A DNA stretch of 64,000 bases from Raillietiella orientalis (lineage: Eukaryota). The position numbers were made by a program, and so were the translations under genes. Position 1 is the stretch's first letter. Every line of letters begins with the position of its first letter. The stretch is taken from NCBI GenBank assembly GCA_036172245.1, contig JAYWIR010000080.1:186001-250000 (forward strand), in the 5' to 3' direction. Shown here piece by piece: positions 1 to 13,991 of this stretch. Under the pieces are notes generated by a model. The model was not told the origin of the DNA, did no database searches, and worked only from the letters and a program-made list of their open reading frames with translations.

Positions 1-2599
1 AGATGGTTGCAGAATTCAACCGAATGCCCTGGTCAATGTCTCCATTTGGAAATGCTTTTAGAATCTTCGGCCAGAATGGTCCGGAGTTCGTCCCTACTTG
101 CTTGGCAATCTACTATCATCTAAAACTGCTTCCACCATCGTGTTTTTTCGAAGAGTAGCAATGAAAGACACGTGTTTCCTAGAAGGAAGCCACAGAAAAT
201 CATGGTGCTAGAGGAAACAGGTTCGTGAAAACTATTGCTGGTGCTGCAGAGAAAACATTGATCAACAGCTACGAATTCTGAGTGAGCGATACTAAAAACC
301 GAACTGGTTTCGAAACCAGGCAGCATCCTGGTCTCGCAGTCCGAGTGAGACGCTATGCACACTACCGGAGAGATGGAGTAAATCAGCGGCAAACTGGTGA
401 TACTTATCTGTTGGAAACAAGAAAGACGGAAACCTTTCCTGGCGCCTTCCCTGTTCAATTGACGTTCAAGCGTCAAGAGGGTAAGGAGCCAACAGTTGTT
501 TCCGTGTGACAAATGTGAAAAAATAAATTCTGCTGCAACCTAATCTGGAACGAACATGCGTGTGAGCGTCGTATGGTTTCCAAAGTACAAACTTCTTTCA
601 GTGGGAGACGCCATCTCCTCCCTTTAAATCCCGCTTCCAATTCTAATTTCAAGAAGATGGCATTTCCTATAAACCTCGCGAACACACACGAAAACAAGCA
701 TCTCTGAATTCATCATGGTCTTCATTCAACACCTTGGTATTCGAAACTGAAACCATTATCTCCTGTAATACGTTCTCTCTTTCTTTTTTTTTAGATTTTC
801 GAATTCCAAGTGCGTTGATTCCTTGGCAGACACTTTGAGACTGGTTTCATAAAATCACCCTTCAAGAGTCTCGAGTTTCGAGGAGCCTAGTTTCTTGCAA
901 ACCATCTGAAGTTCTTTGCCAGGTTTCCTGGGTATTTCGGAATCACCGATTCCAATCGAAAGGGATACTTGGAATCGGAACTAAAGCGCAATCGATTAGC
1001 AACAAAAAACAGAAACAACAACAACAAAAAGAGGGCCTCCAGCTATTTAGAAAAAACATAGGCGGCAAAAATCAAATTCAGCAAAGGTAATGAGGCAAAC
1101 GAAACGATCTCTGGGAAAGCACGAAAATTTTCTGAAAGATTTCCTTCGCGAGTCATTTCACGGTGGTACACATCCGAATGCCATCCCCGGTGGTAAAAAA
1201 TTTTTCTCTCATCTGCTGCTTACTCCTCTAGATGTCTTCTCTGCTTTCTTTTCTTTCTCCATTCAAAACACTTTTCGGTTACTGTGATGGCAGGGTGTTC
1301 GAGTCGCGTCCTTGAGAAATAAGCAAGACGGTAAGAGATGAGCCCACCCGTGTGCAAATCACAACATAACTGATCCTGTCCATAGTCAACCTTCCTGTCT
1401 CATTTTTTGGAGAGACGCGGGATCGACTATCCGGGTTCCATCCCGAGAAGACTTAGAGATTCCCAAATGTGGAAACGGGAAAAGTGAAAGCAATGGCTGT
1501 GCCACAATGGACTTCTCGTAAGATGGCTCAGACGATCTCAATCTCCGAAAAGGAAGGAAACATGCCCACCAATCCCAAACCAGGGAAACCTTCCAGGAAT
1601 TCCGAAAAGAATGCTGAGATGCTTTCGCGAGGATGTGAAAAAATCTCGCCTCTGTGGTTCGCAACCATGAGGAGGCGCACTCCTTTGGAAAGCAAAAACA
1701 TCCTCTGCCCGCCGAAGATTTGCGGATGCATCATCCACTTTGTAACTGTCATCCCAGCACTGGAATTCCCCTCTTGGGTGGACTCCGGGGCTCTTGTTCG
1801 ACCTTCGTCATAATCGTACGAGCAACCGTTTGATCCCAGCTCCCCCGTCCTGTTCGCGACAGAACGGAAGCTTACACTTATGTCCGCTTTGCTTTTCTCC
1901 TCCCCCTTTTGCGCCCCACCTCTCTCAGAATCCCAAACAAGCTGCTTGAGAGAGACTATTTCATCTTTCATTCCAGATGAACCTCTATGTGAAGTCCCCC
2001 CACCTACACTCCTCATTTCAACAGTGATCTCGGAGTTGCAGCATCCAAAGCACGCCCGTTCGTTGTTCCCGATTCCAGAATAAGCTCCAGGGAACTGGGT
2101 TTTCCTGAAGCGGGAGGAAATAACAACAATACGCGTGCTGCCGGGAAAGGATCTCGTTAGGGTAAGGTCTCGAGTCTTCTCCGCACACGGAGGATCTGCA
2201 ACTCGCGGCAGCAAAAGCCATGGTCCTCCAGCTCGGATCGGTGGAAACCGATCTCACGCTCCTCCAACTGGCCGTCGAACCTACCGGAATTCTGAGCGAA
2301 GAATCTGCTTACGTTGACTGTTTTTTGCTGCAATCAGCTCAACTGATACATTCGTTCCTTCCGGAAGGATCCTGCAAGCTTGTTCTTCTTTCTCTTTTTG
2401 GTTGCCTCTTCCATTCCACTTCGGATACTCCAGGCAGACTCGAGTCGAAGAAACATCTTCAAGATGGCAACAGCGTCGCACCCGAGCAATAACGGGCAGA
2501 GAATCAGCTTGGGCAACAGGGCCTGAAGACACGGAGGCCCTGGGATATGACCTGCGGGCATCTGTGGTCGCAGCTGCGCCCATTTCCAGCAAGCCCCTG

Positions 2600-3330
2600 C
2601 CGTCGAGGGTGCCTCCGAATTTTTCAGCTCAACCAGATATGTATCAGATACACGCGCGGATCTATGGAGCGTTCCCGACCGTCCCCACCGTCCCTGCCAT
2701 CATTCCAAGAGGCGGAGAAAGAGCGGAGCTGGCAAGCGCGCGGAATTCTCGACTCCCGAAGGCAGCAGTTCGTGGTCTTCCATCGTTCCCGCCTGCATTC
2801 TTTCCTGTGTGGGGATCAAAACGGGGAAGACATTTCTTCGGAGAGCTCCTTTTTGCTCTTCCTTTCCCAAGATGGACCGTCCGGCCCCTCGTCCAAATTC
2901 ATGTTTTTCATTTACGGACGGTTCACATTCTGTGGATGGGATCCTCGCCTCGTGGACGTGCTCCTCGAATCTCTAGAATGTCGATGCGGAATGCACAGTT
3001 TGCAACCACCCCGTCAGATGGCACCTGCACCGACGACTGCTGCTGATACCTCCTTCCCTTTTCGCACTTTGCTCGAAACGTGGTAGATGGAGGTTGTCGG
3101 CCCTTCGCGATGCCGAAGACCCGCGGTAGTCGCCCTCAATGGTACCCTCATCCTACAATCCCTTTCACTGGCCCCCTCTGGAGTCCTCTGGATCCCAAGA
3201 AATCTCATTGACTCTATCCGGCTGCACTCCTGAGACCAAGAAAGCGGGAGGTCCTGCTGTCCCTTCAGGAATAGCTTGGGACATCCTCCCCCTCCTCCCT
3301 TTCCCTCCTTTTACGGAAGAACCGACCATC
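2600..3330 (+). mobile_element. Decayed L1/Tx1-like endonuclease/RT-start fragment
   Basis: IYGA (cf. vYAP), SRLHSFL (cf. SRLD.F), and LESSGSQEISLTL...KAGGPAVP...WDIL (cf. LE.PI...EI...KSPGPDG.P...W..L). Confidence 0.35.
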
Positions 3331-4528
3331 AATGCGTGCATGAGTTTCCCAGGTGAGCATTCTTGAAAAAAGTTCTGGGGAAGCTAACCGAGATTGCGAA
3401 AGGAGAGAGACGGGAGGAAAAACGCATGAGCACCTCGCCCGGCTCACAGTTTAACGGTCACCTTTCCTGCCAGACAGTGACAACTTCTGGTAACTTCTGC
3501 ACCATCTGGCGCGAACTGTCCAAGGAATCGGGAATTCGCCTCTGCACAGCTCACGCTTGAAGGGACAAGAAAGAATCGATGGCGACCCTGAACATGCAAA
3601 TTCCTGGATTCCATTACCTTCGCCATATCATCTTGTTATCCCGCTGTACAAATGCAAAGATAAATCGATACAAATACGGTTACATTGCAGAAGGATGGGA
3701 TCGATGCAATTTAATCCACCCGACTAGTGAGGCGGTGCAGCGCGATCAATTTGAATAGCGTGCTGCACTACAAGATTGCCAAAACGGTGACCCCGTGACA
3801 CACGGTGAGAAGACTTGAAGGTTCCTCGGGCAACGGCTTTCGTCTTTCTAAATCGAAAGGAGCGGCATTAGGATGGATGACACGGCGTTCACGAAAATCT
3901 GCACTGGAGAAGTAATCTCGAGTCCACGTGCCCACAAGAGCAGGAAGCGCAGACTCGACTTTGAGCATCCGACTTTATCGTTTGTTGCTGCTACTGCCAG
4001 GAAATCATCAGAATCATCTCGGCATACCTCTCAAGATCTGGTGGAGCTCTTACTGTACTGGAAAAAGGGGAGGAGGAGGAGGAGGAAGAAAGAAAAAATA
4101 ATCCCGAGGACCAAAGGAATCAGATCCCGATCTGTCTCAAAGGCTAGACTGACTCTCAAGCTCCAGGAAAAAACTGGCCAAACTCTTCCAGCCGGTTCAG
4201 TGAGCAAATTTCCTGGACGTTCTTCCGCGACGAGTCAGGCAAACCCCCTGCAATTCCCTTCGCAGCGCAATCAACGGAAGCGTTGACTGCACTCTTTCGA
4301 TCTAGGCAGCGCCATGCAACGGATTTCCTTCGAAATTCCAGTGTCACGGACGGACGGGAAGGCAGGATGCAGCAATGCCGCAGTGCCAGATACCATTATG
4401 GCAACCAATGGAACGGGGTTTCGCTCCCCTCTGAACGAGTCGATTTCTACAGGGCGGAAGGGTAAACGGCCAATTGCCCGAGGTGTGTTGGTGGTGAAAC
4501 GGAGGGGAAAACCAGTTGCGTGCTTTAC

Positions 4529-4713
4529 CTCAAATATCACATACTGCAGGAGGACCCCCATGGCATCAAAGCCGAGAGCACACTGGTGCAGCTGGATCTG
4601 GATCTCCTTCCGCTGCTTCGTGCGAAGTTCACAGAGGCGTTCGAGACGCCGCACTTCTTGGACCAGTGTCGGAAGCTGTAGGCTGTTCGTTTTCAGTTTC
4701 TGTTTCCCAACAT
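4529..4713 (-). CDS. Exon encoding a Toucan/MTUS-like coiled-coil entry motif
   Basis: Acceptor ctttgcacag| and donor TTTGAG|GTAAAG. It translates to VGKQKLKTNSLQLPTLVQEVRRLERLCELRTKQRKEIQIQLHQCALGFDAMGVLLQYVIFE. This resembles, from memory, the 'RLE.LCE.RTK.L....L.....FDA..V..QY' segment before the C-terminal coiled coil of Toucan/MTUS1/MTUS2. Downstream exons were not identified in the window. Confidence 0.65.
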
Positions 4714-5416
4714 CTGTGCAAAGAGGCATCAGAACGGTGACATGGGTAGACGGACGGGATCGAAATACATTTCAAGCCCCTCCGGGAGAGAGATCAGAGC
4801 GAATTCGAGGTCCGCGCAAAACGTCTCGAGCGGCTTTGATTGAAGACGGTGAACTTCGGTCCGCTCTTGTGCGTGCTGCGAGAGTCAAAGAAAGAAACGC
4901 AGCGCAGCGCGTTTCTTTCTTTCTTTTTTTTCCCCACGAAGAACAGCAGCGCTCGGAGCTCTCAAGATGAGGGCGCTTTGAATTACTTGGGCGTGACCGG
5001 AGGAAGGCCTTGCAGGAGCGAACTCGGAAAGCGACGGCGCCGTTTGACCGACCATCGCCTCTTCCTCGAACGACGACACGACCACGAGAAAGAAGGATGT
5101 ACGGTTCGCTTCTTTCCCTCCTCCCCACTCAGAGGGAAAAAAATTTGCACGACCGGTGCGCGTATGCATTTTTTACTGCCTTCGAGGTCGCTTCTGGGGC
5201 TTTCAAGTGAGCACCTTTGCGTCCTCCTTTTGGATGTCTTCCCTTGGGAGAGGAGGGAGCCGCACAACCCGCGATTTTCGCAAATAAAGATAACGAAACC
5301 TGCGCTTGGTGCGCAGCCCGATTCACTCGTGTTTGCTCCCTTCCCCTCCCCAACGAGACCTCGTCCCCAACGCCCACTCCGCAAGAGTGGCTTTCCTTCT
5401 CGGACATTGTCCGCTG

Positions 5417-5600
5417 CAGGTGGGGCGCAAGGGTGTCTGGCGCCCCTATGCAAAAGAAAATTTGGCGCCCCATGTATAAAAAAAAAAAAAAACGAAAAAC
5501 ATCCAAACGAAATATATATATATATAAATGCCATTTTTCATCCTGCAATTTGGCGCCTCTAGGCAATGCCTATATCCGCCTCGTGGTAAAGCTAGCTCTG
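5417..5600. mobile_element. Possible decayed MITE with repeated GGCGCC motifs
   Basis: Three tggcgcc(c) units flank an A/AT-rich core. It ends in gcaatgcctat...gtggtaaagctagctctg, resembling widespread CAGGGCCGG-ended MITEs. Confidence 0.35.
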
Positions 5601-6189
5601 TTCCTCTGTGTTAATCATCTCCCTCAATGCCCAGGTCTGTTCGCGATGGCATCGACGACGCGTGTCCGTCCTACCGGCTGAACGCGGACGCCATCTTGAC
5701 AGTTCTCGTCCGCTCTTCCCCTCAAAGACGAACCGGGGAGAGCAAGGAATCAAGATTCGGGATCATTCGCTTTTCCCAATCGGAGAGAAGCGAGCTGCGA
5801 CTGGATGACGAAAATCTCGCGCTTCCCGTTCGTGGGAGGACGAAACGGGACGCCAAGATCCGTGGGGAAAGTTCCATCATCGCTGCTTCGTGATGAGCCT
5901 GGTCCGGGAGCCAGTCTTCGCTCCTTCCGTTGGGCGAACAAGACGGGGGCAGAAACTCATACCGCGTGGCAAATTCTTTTTACTGGAGCATTCCAGATGC
6001 ACTTCGCATGTTTTCCCAGTCTGCCTCCTCCTGGCGGGTGCAGGGATACAAACGGGCGGATCCATCGAGATGAGCCAGATAACGCTAACACTTGTTGCGG
6101 CTCGGATCGAAAAAGCCAAGGTCAATGGAAGCTCCCGAACCCGCAAACCCAGAGCAGAGCAGCGAGAGCAGCAACGACGTGCGCGCGCC

Positions 6190-6900
6190 TCCGGGAAACG
6201 AATCATCAGCCAAGCAGCACGTCAGAAAGGAGGATGCGACGCAAAGTCCCGTTTGTCACCGTCGCACACCGATCCAAGGGAATTTCGCTGCTCCAGCAGA
6301 TAAAAAAGATCCTTCGGTCCGGACCAAAGCTCCGCGTCACCTGCAGGCGTGCCTGGAAGAAAGCGCTCCTTTCCAGGCCGAGGTGGGGAAAGGGACTCCG
6401 CCAGAGCAGGTAAAAACGAAAGAGGCCTCGTAGTAGAGGCGGGAATACTGATAAAACTCCTGCGGTCTGAGTAGGGGTGGAACGTTTCTCAAGGGGGAAC
6501 TCCCCCCTCCGTTTTGTCAGCCGGGGACAACAAACGGAAGCTCTCGACTGTCACCACACCCACGGTACCGTTCGGCAAGCTCATTTCGGAATCGCAACTG
6601 ACGTGCTGTTGCGCGATCACGGACAGTCGGAGGCGAGGGTTTAAAAGGGGGAGCTGAAGGACTGTTGCTGTGGAGCACCTCTTCGGGCGGGCATCTTCAC
6701 AGAAGTTGGGATAGCTGTCTGTTCGGCAACACGGATTCCATCGAGCGCGCATTCTCTTCGAGCGCAGGACCATCGGGTTGAACGCGCGTAACACACGAGC
6801 CAGGACTCGGGTAGGAAAAGAGCGGGAGATGGGGGTCTCACATGTGCCCAAAGGCCAGTTTTCGAGGGAGGTGCTTCCTTCCTTCCCCCGCACTACTTGC
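6190..6900 (-). mobile_element. Decayed L1/Tx1-like reverse transcriptase fragment (intronic)
   Basis: KEGSTSLENW (cf. KKG...KNWRP), RVLARVL, VTVESFRLLS...GGVPP (cf. vNG.LS....GVRQG) and LADD at ~6200, in the correct order. Confidence 0.5.
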
Positions 6901-9685
6901 AGGAGTCCTCCGTTTTTCGAGGTGGTTTGCTCGCAAAATTTTCTGGAATATGGAATTCTGCAGAGTCAGCGTTTCGGGAAGGGTAAAAGACACAGGGAAA
7001 AAAAATTCCCATTAGGCCTGTGAAAACGCAAAGATGACTGCAGCTTAATGACCCGATTCGCTCTGGGCTCCTGCTCGCTCGCTCTGTGACTCCTTGACTC
7101 CTGACCATCGGAAGTATCCGAACAAGTCGCATGAGGAGGCAACACGTGAGAAAGAGGACTAGGGAAGTCCTGTGGGGAAATGACGAAAAAAACTGGGAAC
7201 AGCACAGAGCTCCCTTGTGATGGGTGTGCCACTATGGGTTTGTTCGATTCCCCGCCCGTTTACAGTTCCGCCAATCCACCGGTACGTTTCTTGGTCCATG
7301 GAGCATCGGTGATTAAAATTCAATTCATTAATTAAGGCAATTCCCTGCTCTGATTTCGCACCTCAATTCCGATGACGCAAAACGGGTGATGGCAGAAGAA
7401 GAGACCACACTCTGCTCAGAGAGGGCATCAGCTGATCGTTAAGACTGCTCGCCAACACGTTCAAAGATACGCGTCTTCGGCGACAGAGGACTCTAGAATG
7501 GCAAGTGAATGAAACTGAGGCCGCTGAGAAAGAGGAGAATCTGCAACCGGGCGCTGTGATGATCCGATTCGCGGATTTCCAAAGAAGATGGTGACACGAG
7601 AGGCGCGTCAGGTTTCACCAACGATGGAGTCGGTTGCCAATCAGCTGCTAACCGCCATAGCACCCGTACAGTGCATCCCTCGTCAGCCCTTCGAAACGTT
7701 CGCTCCTCGCAGAATATCCTGCCGATTACCACAGAGCGCAAACTTTTTTCTCTCCAGACAGCGAACGTGTACAGGCACATTTTCTTTTCTTTTTTTTTTC
7801 TTCTTGAAACCAAATTGACACTTGACCTTGGAAAGCCACTTGTACGAAGCAAGCAACCGCCTAATTGCTATCGAAGGCTTGAGGATTCACCGAACCAAGA
7901 TGGGGCGCGCGAAGCTATTAACAGGAGATTTTCGGGAAGCTCGTTCCGTGAGCTGGGCGTGAGCTTCCTGCTATTCCTCGACTCGCGCTACTTTGAAAGG
8001 ACCATCTGTCGTGACCTTGAATTTGTCGGTTCGCAGCCTCTGCCGCATGCGCACCTTCTCAGTCACTCTCTGGCATTCTTCGTCTTCGCTTTGGAAGTTG
8101 AACGTCTTCCTCTCCCGCAACAGGTCCTACGTCCGTTTAGACGCCCCTTCCCTCACCTTTCTAAAGCATCTGCCTTGTGGGTGGAATCGCCCCAATCCGC
8201 CAGCATGTGGGCCCTGTCTGCAAACAGCCTTCGCGAACGCATGAATTATCCAGGAAAACAAAAAAACAAAAAAATGATCAAGTATTTTTTTTCCCCTTTC
8301 TCCTCCTCTTGGAAGTATATTGCTCTTGTTGAGGCACCTCGTTGCCGGAACACGGTCTAGTAAACCGACTGAGAGACGCTTGAGGCTTCTTCCGGACGCG
8401 TACCTCAAGCTCAGAGTTTGGGCAACATCTGCAGCCAAAGAAAATCCTTTCGAAGTCAACCCAACGTTCTTGAAAAATCGACCAGTGACGCCCATCGTTT
8501 TTCGGGACCAGGAGACGCCCTCTGGAGAAACAAGGCTGGAGCTCCAAGAGAGACCGTGAGTGGACTGGTGGCGCCACTAGGGAAAGGCCGGGGTCTCGTT
8601 CAGTTCGATTTATCGCACGCCGACTTCGACCGCTAGAGGCAATCCGAATCCTTCCAAAGTCAATTCCGCTGATCGAGGGGTCAAGTTCCCATATTCCCGT
8701 AGGAAGCACGCAGCAGATCATTCCGCCACCGGGCTACCTTCCGAGTGGCTCTTCGCTATCGCCCCCGCCCGTTGAACCCGCTCCTTCCAACCCTCCAGGC
8801 ACGGATCCTCTCCCGTGCCTTTAAGCACAACGAGATCCACCTGGGATCACTGGAGATATCAGCAGTCTCCGATCTCAAATCACCAATTACAGTGATCTGC
8901 CAATTAAAAACAAACGTGACACTGCCATCCGCCGTTGTGAGGCTGGAAAAAAAAAAAAGGGATCCCAAGTGCACGAAAAAACCGCGCGATGAGACTGGCA
9001 ATCCCGGACATAAAAATCAGCCCTTCGAAACGTCAGTGCCATCAGTGGCGACTCAGACACCTAAGCGCGGGCGGATCCTCGAGAAAGAAGTTCCCTAACA
9101 CTATCCACAGCGAAGATGCTAGCAGGGAGGAGGTTAATGAATAAGGGGGAGAACGGGATATGTGCTTCTGGAACCACCTGAGATGGCACCAAAAACGCGT
9201 CATTGGCACCGGCATTGGCAGGGAATGCTCGCCAACCTGCAAGAGTCGGAGGCTGCTGAAAATACCCACACGTGCGTTCACCGGAAGTTTGCCTTCCTGG
9301 CTGTAAGGTTGGTTCTGCAATGGCTCGCATCTCCCGGTAGACCCAGCGAAATGAAGTTTTCTGGCAGGAGGCAGGAGAAAGAGGGTTTTGTACCCTTGAA
9401 GGGGGAGGTCGATCTTTGACCGCAGTGACCAAAGGCATTGCCTTCGTCCTCGCGGAAGGCGGTGGCAGAGGAGAAAAGGGGAAAGAGGAGGGGCTGGAGG
9501 AACGCGGGAGATGGCGGGGTAAGAGGGGAGCAGGAAGAAGATAGAAGAGGGAGGACAGCGTCCCAAGGCACGTCTGTCCCTGCCTCGTGATGGAGGAGGA
9601 CGGAAAGGAAGGAAAAGTTCCAGCCTGGAAACGCGATCCATGCACCCAAAGGCAGGAGGGGAGAGATGCGACCCCAGGGATTCAC

Positions 9686-12600
9686 CTTCAGCCCGCCCCT
9701 TCTTGAGCCTGCCACCAGGGAGTGAAATACAGCATTCGGACTGCTCGTTCAGTTGCCAGAGTGCGCGTTTCTCAAGGAGAGCACAGAGTTGCGTGCAAGA
9801 TGACCGGCAGAACGGGCGTTCCGACCCGCCGACCATGCGCGACGCTTGCCAAGCGCCACCACCATCTCTCCCGCCCGCGCGCCCTCCTTCCCGTTCCTCC
9901 TCGGGGAAGCTTGGAGAGCTCCTGTGACCTCCGTGCGCGCGCCGGAAGGGAGAAACGGCACTCATGGCGGCGGCCGCGCCTCCGCTGCGCACCAGTCAAG
10001 CACCACCTGGCCCATCTACCTCCGACACGTGGCCGCGACTGCTGACGAGGGACTGGGTTGCACAGCAGATGCGGCATCAGGCGCAGGGCACCTGGGCGAC
10101 AGCGTGCCCTGCACCGGTTGGATCAGCTGCGAATGACTCCGCAGGCACCCTCCACACCGAGGAAGAAGTCCTCCCGAGCGAGAAGATCAAGCGAGATTTT
10201 CAGGAATCACTAAGGATAAGCGAAATCTTCGCTCTTACTGGGATTCCTTGTCCACTGCAGCGCACGCACGCACGCAACTCTCTGCTCGAGAAATAAGGTT
10301 TCCGCCGGAGGTCTAAACAGGATCGGGAGCGGTTGGAGTAGGGCCACAACTGAGTTGCTGCTGAGGGTGTCGAAGGGGAACAACCCAGGGAACAGACCGA
10401 TCCCGTCGGTGGGAAAAAATCGATGCCCTCCACCGCGGGATCAGCACTACGGCACATGGTGGGCACCAGGGAAAAGCAGCTCTCCGCGGAAGATTGGAAT
10501 TATTGGGTCGTTCCCGATAGGGGAATCCAAGGATGGAGATGATCGCGAAAAAAAAGCACGTAGGACGCGCGTGACGAGGCAAACGGAGGGGAGGGGGGCA
10601 TAAGGGACACGTTAGAAGAGGGATATTTGATCCAGGACCACGCCAGAGTGAGCAGCAGCGAATGCCGGAAATCACGGGAAAAGTCCAAGGCAATATCAGG
10701 TTCCCCTCACGCGGAACACGTCCGAGGAAGACCAGGCTTCTCGGTCCTTTGGTAAAGACCAAAGTATATATCTAAGTGTAGACCAAGCGCTCTGCAGGCG
10801 AAGACGAGGCACGCAAGTGGCAACCGCCACTGGGAGGATGCGCCACAAGATCAGTCCATCCGGCAAAGGATGAAAGAGCCGTTCCAGCCAGAGGCTGTGC
10901 GTGAGAGAAAGGGGACAGGAGGGAAATGCAGGCTTGGACTCGGTGGGATTTCGAGGGAAGACAATGCTCTGGTGGGATGCTCCTCCTGGGGGTCAGGAGA
11001 CGCGCTCGGATTTTGCAACGGAAGGTCCGTGGGGTAGGACAAAGTCCGCGACTCGAGGTGCTCCGCGTCGGACACGGTCGCTCGGGCAACGGATGGGTGT
11101 ACCTCGGTTGTTCTGCGGTGTTGTGCGAAGCCGCGAGGGCGAATTATGGCACCGTCCATCATGACTGAAGACTAGAGTATCGTGCCGACTCAGAACACTC
11201 CAATTCTGAATCGATCTCTGGGCAAGAACCACTTAGGAAGGAGATGGTTGGTTGGCCCCTGTGCTCCAGGCTAAGGGGCGCGGTTGGAGGAAAGGGTTTA
11301 GATTTCGGGTCGCATCCGCAGGTCCGGAAGGTTCCCAGGATTGGGGCACTGTGTCAGTGAGGTGAAGATGGGGAGTAGTTCGTCCTGAGTGCCGAATCCC
11401 CGTCACACCTGAAAATTTCTTCGTTTTTCGTGTGCGTTTTTTGAGGATCCGGGAGGATCGGTGCGGAAGACCGGAGGCTGGCACGGCTCGGAGAGATCTT
11501 AGGAAGAGCAAGACAGATTAAGGGAAAAAGTTGGGCACAGTGGTGGAGATGGATGTGACTCTTGACTTGTTCTCCGGGTGGAGGATGGAGGCACAGCCAT
11601 GGTCAGCGCCAGAGGAGTCGATGGAAGGCTACTTAGGATGGGAAGGAAGAACCGAAACCCATCTGCTTTGTGTGCGGAGCAATAGCATGCATGTAATGGG
11701 AAGAGTCCAGGATAGGGATGAGACTCTGGTGGAGGAAGAGGCGATCGTGTTGGAACGAGGCGATCATGGTGGAATAAAGTGAGGATACTTGGTGCTATCG
11801 AAGGACGCCAAGTACGCAGTTGATCTCGGTTCTTCCCTGGGCACCGCGCTCGTTCAGTTTTCCGCGGTAAACAACCGATGACAGGATTTAATGGAAGGGG
11901 TGCTTCTATTTCAGAGGTCCCTGCCTCCCGAATTTTGCGAATGCGGTATCTTGGAGAGGATGGGGTGATCCTCACTTGAGGAACGTTCCGCCTGCGAGCT
12001 GGACTGGAGGGAGAAGAGGCGGGTTTCCCGGATCGGTCGTGTGCAAAGAGGTGGTCGTGTTCTTCCCCACGACTACTAGTCCGGTGACCGACGGGGTGAG
12101 GTGGAGCAGACTATTTTGGGGACAGCATGCTGTCATCGGCGGTACCAACTCTTGGGAGATGGCGGCGCTGTCGCGAGGGATCTTCCTACGATCTTTCTGA
12201 TCGTTCCAAATCACATCCCGCGGATGCCCTCATTCAATGAATCCCTCCCATCCTCCCTCCCCTTCCTCCCCCACCCCCATGAGTTCCTCTCTACTAGGAA
12301 GCCGTTCGGAGGAGGTGATCTGGGGGAGACGGAGGATTCGGGCTGGGCAGTCTGCAAGACACCCCGCGCGCACCTGACATCCGAAACACATGGATCCTCT
12401 GCTCCAGGCAGCATATGCCTCGAGAGGCTGTGAAGTTCACTCCGAAGATGGCCGACGGCTTGAGACAAAAGCAAAGAGCTTACTTGGGGGTCCGGTTTTG
12501 GAGCTTCTGGAATCCTTGGCTGCGCCCCGCGGCACTCCCGCCTGGGAAGGGCGCCGACTCATGGCCGGGGCTGGCCTGGTTTGGTCGCGAACCTCGACTG

Positions 12601-13280
12601 AAAAAAACACACATTGCGGCGCGGGTGGTAAACAGGGGAGCGGCGCTCATCCCTCCTTGGAGCCTCGCCTCGGCGCTTATCGCTCTCCTTGGAGGCACGG
12701 TCTTCCCGGAAGGGATTCTCAGCCCGAGGGCAATGCGAAAGCCGCGCGACGCGGAGCTGCGCAGAAACCGGATCTCTCGTGGAAGACGCCGACGCCTGGA
12801 CGAAGAGGATTGGCCAGCATTTTGTCACGCTCTCCAGGCTCAGCAGACTCGGGAAGACTCTTGCCGGAGCAGAGCATCAGCCGATCCGGAGAAAGAAAGA
12901 AGGGAAAAGACTGTCTCTCGGATGGGTGGCATTTCGGCCCACTCTGTCTTAAGGGGTATGTCTGAACCACCACCACTGTCCCTTCCGATGCGCTTCTCCG
13001 CTTCTCCCCTTTAAACAGCGGAATCGAAGGCCTCCATGTACACTTTTAGTGATGTGTGGCCGAAGCGTGTACCTCAAGCGAAAGGGGCACACACAGTTTA
13101 AGGGTGGACCGTCAGAGGTTCTGAAAGCAGACACGTTTCCCTCCCTCGCTCCTTGAGATGTGGGGATAGAAAGAGGAAAGTACGAAACCGACCATGGTCG
13201 TGGGACCCACAGAAGACAGAAGCGGGAAGGATCGATCCTCACCCTCGGTTGCTGTGGACAGGCGCTTGGCCTTCTCGGAG
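9686..13280 (-). CDS. Three tentative small exons of the same gene: 13280-13243, 10126-10020, 9708-9686
   Basis: Each has AG/GT boundaries. Phases chain 1>0, 0>2, 2>1 without stops (SPRRPSACPQQPR / LIQPVQGTLSPRCPAPDAASAVQPSPSSAVAATCRR / LKKGRAE) and join the 4713 exon. Phase consistency is the only support, so chance is possible. Confidence 0.25.
11530..12330 (+). mobile_element. Decayed L1/Tx1-like ORF1 knuckle and endonuclease fragment (intronic)
   Basis: LGTVVEM...YLGWEG followed by PICFVCGA (CxxC knuckle), and later GGGDL (cf. APE GGDFN). Confidence 0.35.
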
Positions 13281-13763
13281 CTGTGGGGGCGATAGGGGCT
13301 GCTGGAGTCTCGACGTTCATCTCCTATCCAGTGTTTCGGGCATGTTCATGGCTCCCCACCCGGATAGTCGAGAGAGCTGGGGAAGAATCCGTGCCCCTCT
13401 TTCCTTCTGCTTCCTCCCTTCGCGAAAGACGATCACGCGCTGCAGAGGCGGATTCGTGTCGGGCGAGCGTCCGGCAGGAATATCCTTCGTGGAAAAAACG
13501 CGCGCGGGTGCGCTACGCTGCGGATGCCCTCCGAAGACGCACTGCGTGTCTGAGAGGCGAGTAGGGTCCAGACCCCCACCAACTCCTCGCGCGTGCGCAC
13601 CATTAGTCGGAAAAGTCCCCGCGACGATTGGTCGGAGAACAGAGCTCAAGGACTCTGCTTCTGAATTTTTCCGGGAGAGGGCAGTGAGCAGACAGTGAAT
13701 TTCGCCAAGGAAAATAATAATACGAATAAATATAATAATATGAATACAGTCCCCGTGTATTGG

Positions 13764-13991
13764 GGAAGAGAACGCAGATTTCAGCCTTGCCAAGAGCAGC
13801 TGCAGCTCCCTCGACCACCCGCTTTATTAGTAACTCTTTGCTCCAGCTACGGCTGTGATCGGAGTGGCAGACTCCGTAGGACTTTTCATGGAGCTGAAAG
13901 ACTGCTCTTCTCCTCTTGCTTCATCACGAACACTGTGATGACAGACTTTATTCTGCATTTGCTGCAGCGCTCAGGGTCCATGCTGGGAGAT
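13764..13991 (+). repeat. Direct repeat copy 1 (~228 bp)
   Basis: Near-identical to 14743-14969, e.g. shared catggagctgaaagactgctcttctcctcttgcttcatcacgaacactgtgatgacagactttattctgcatttgctgcagcgctc. Confidence 0.95.

Noticed and set aside
1..560. Possible piggyBac C-terminus (INSY..., CDKCEK)
   Set aside because: The motifs are too short and scattered to support a call.
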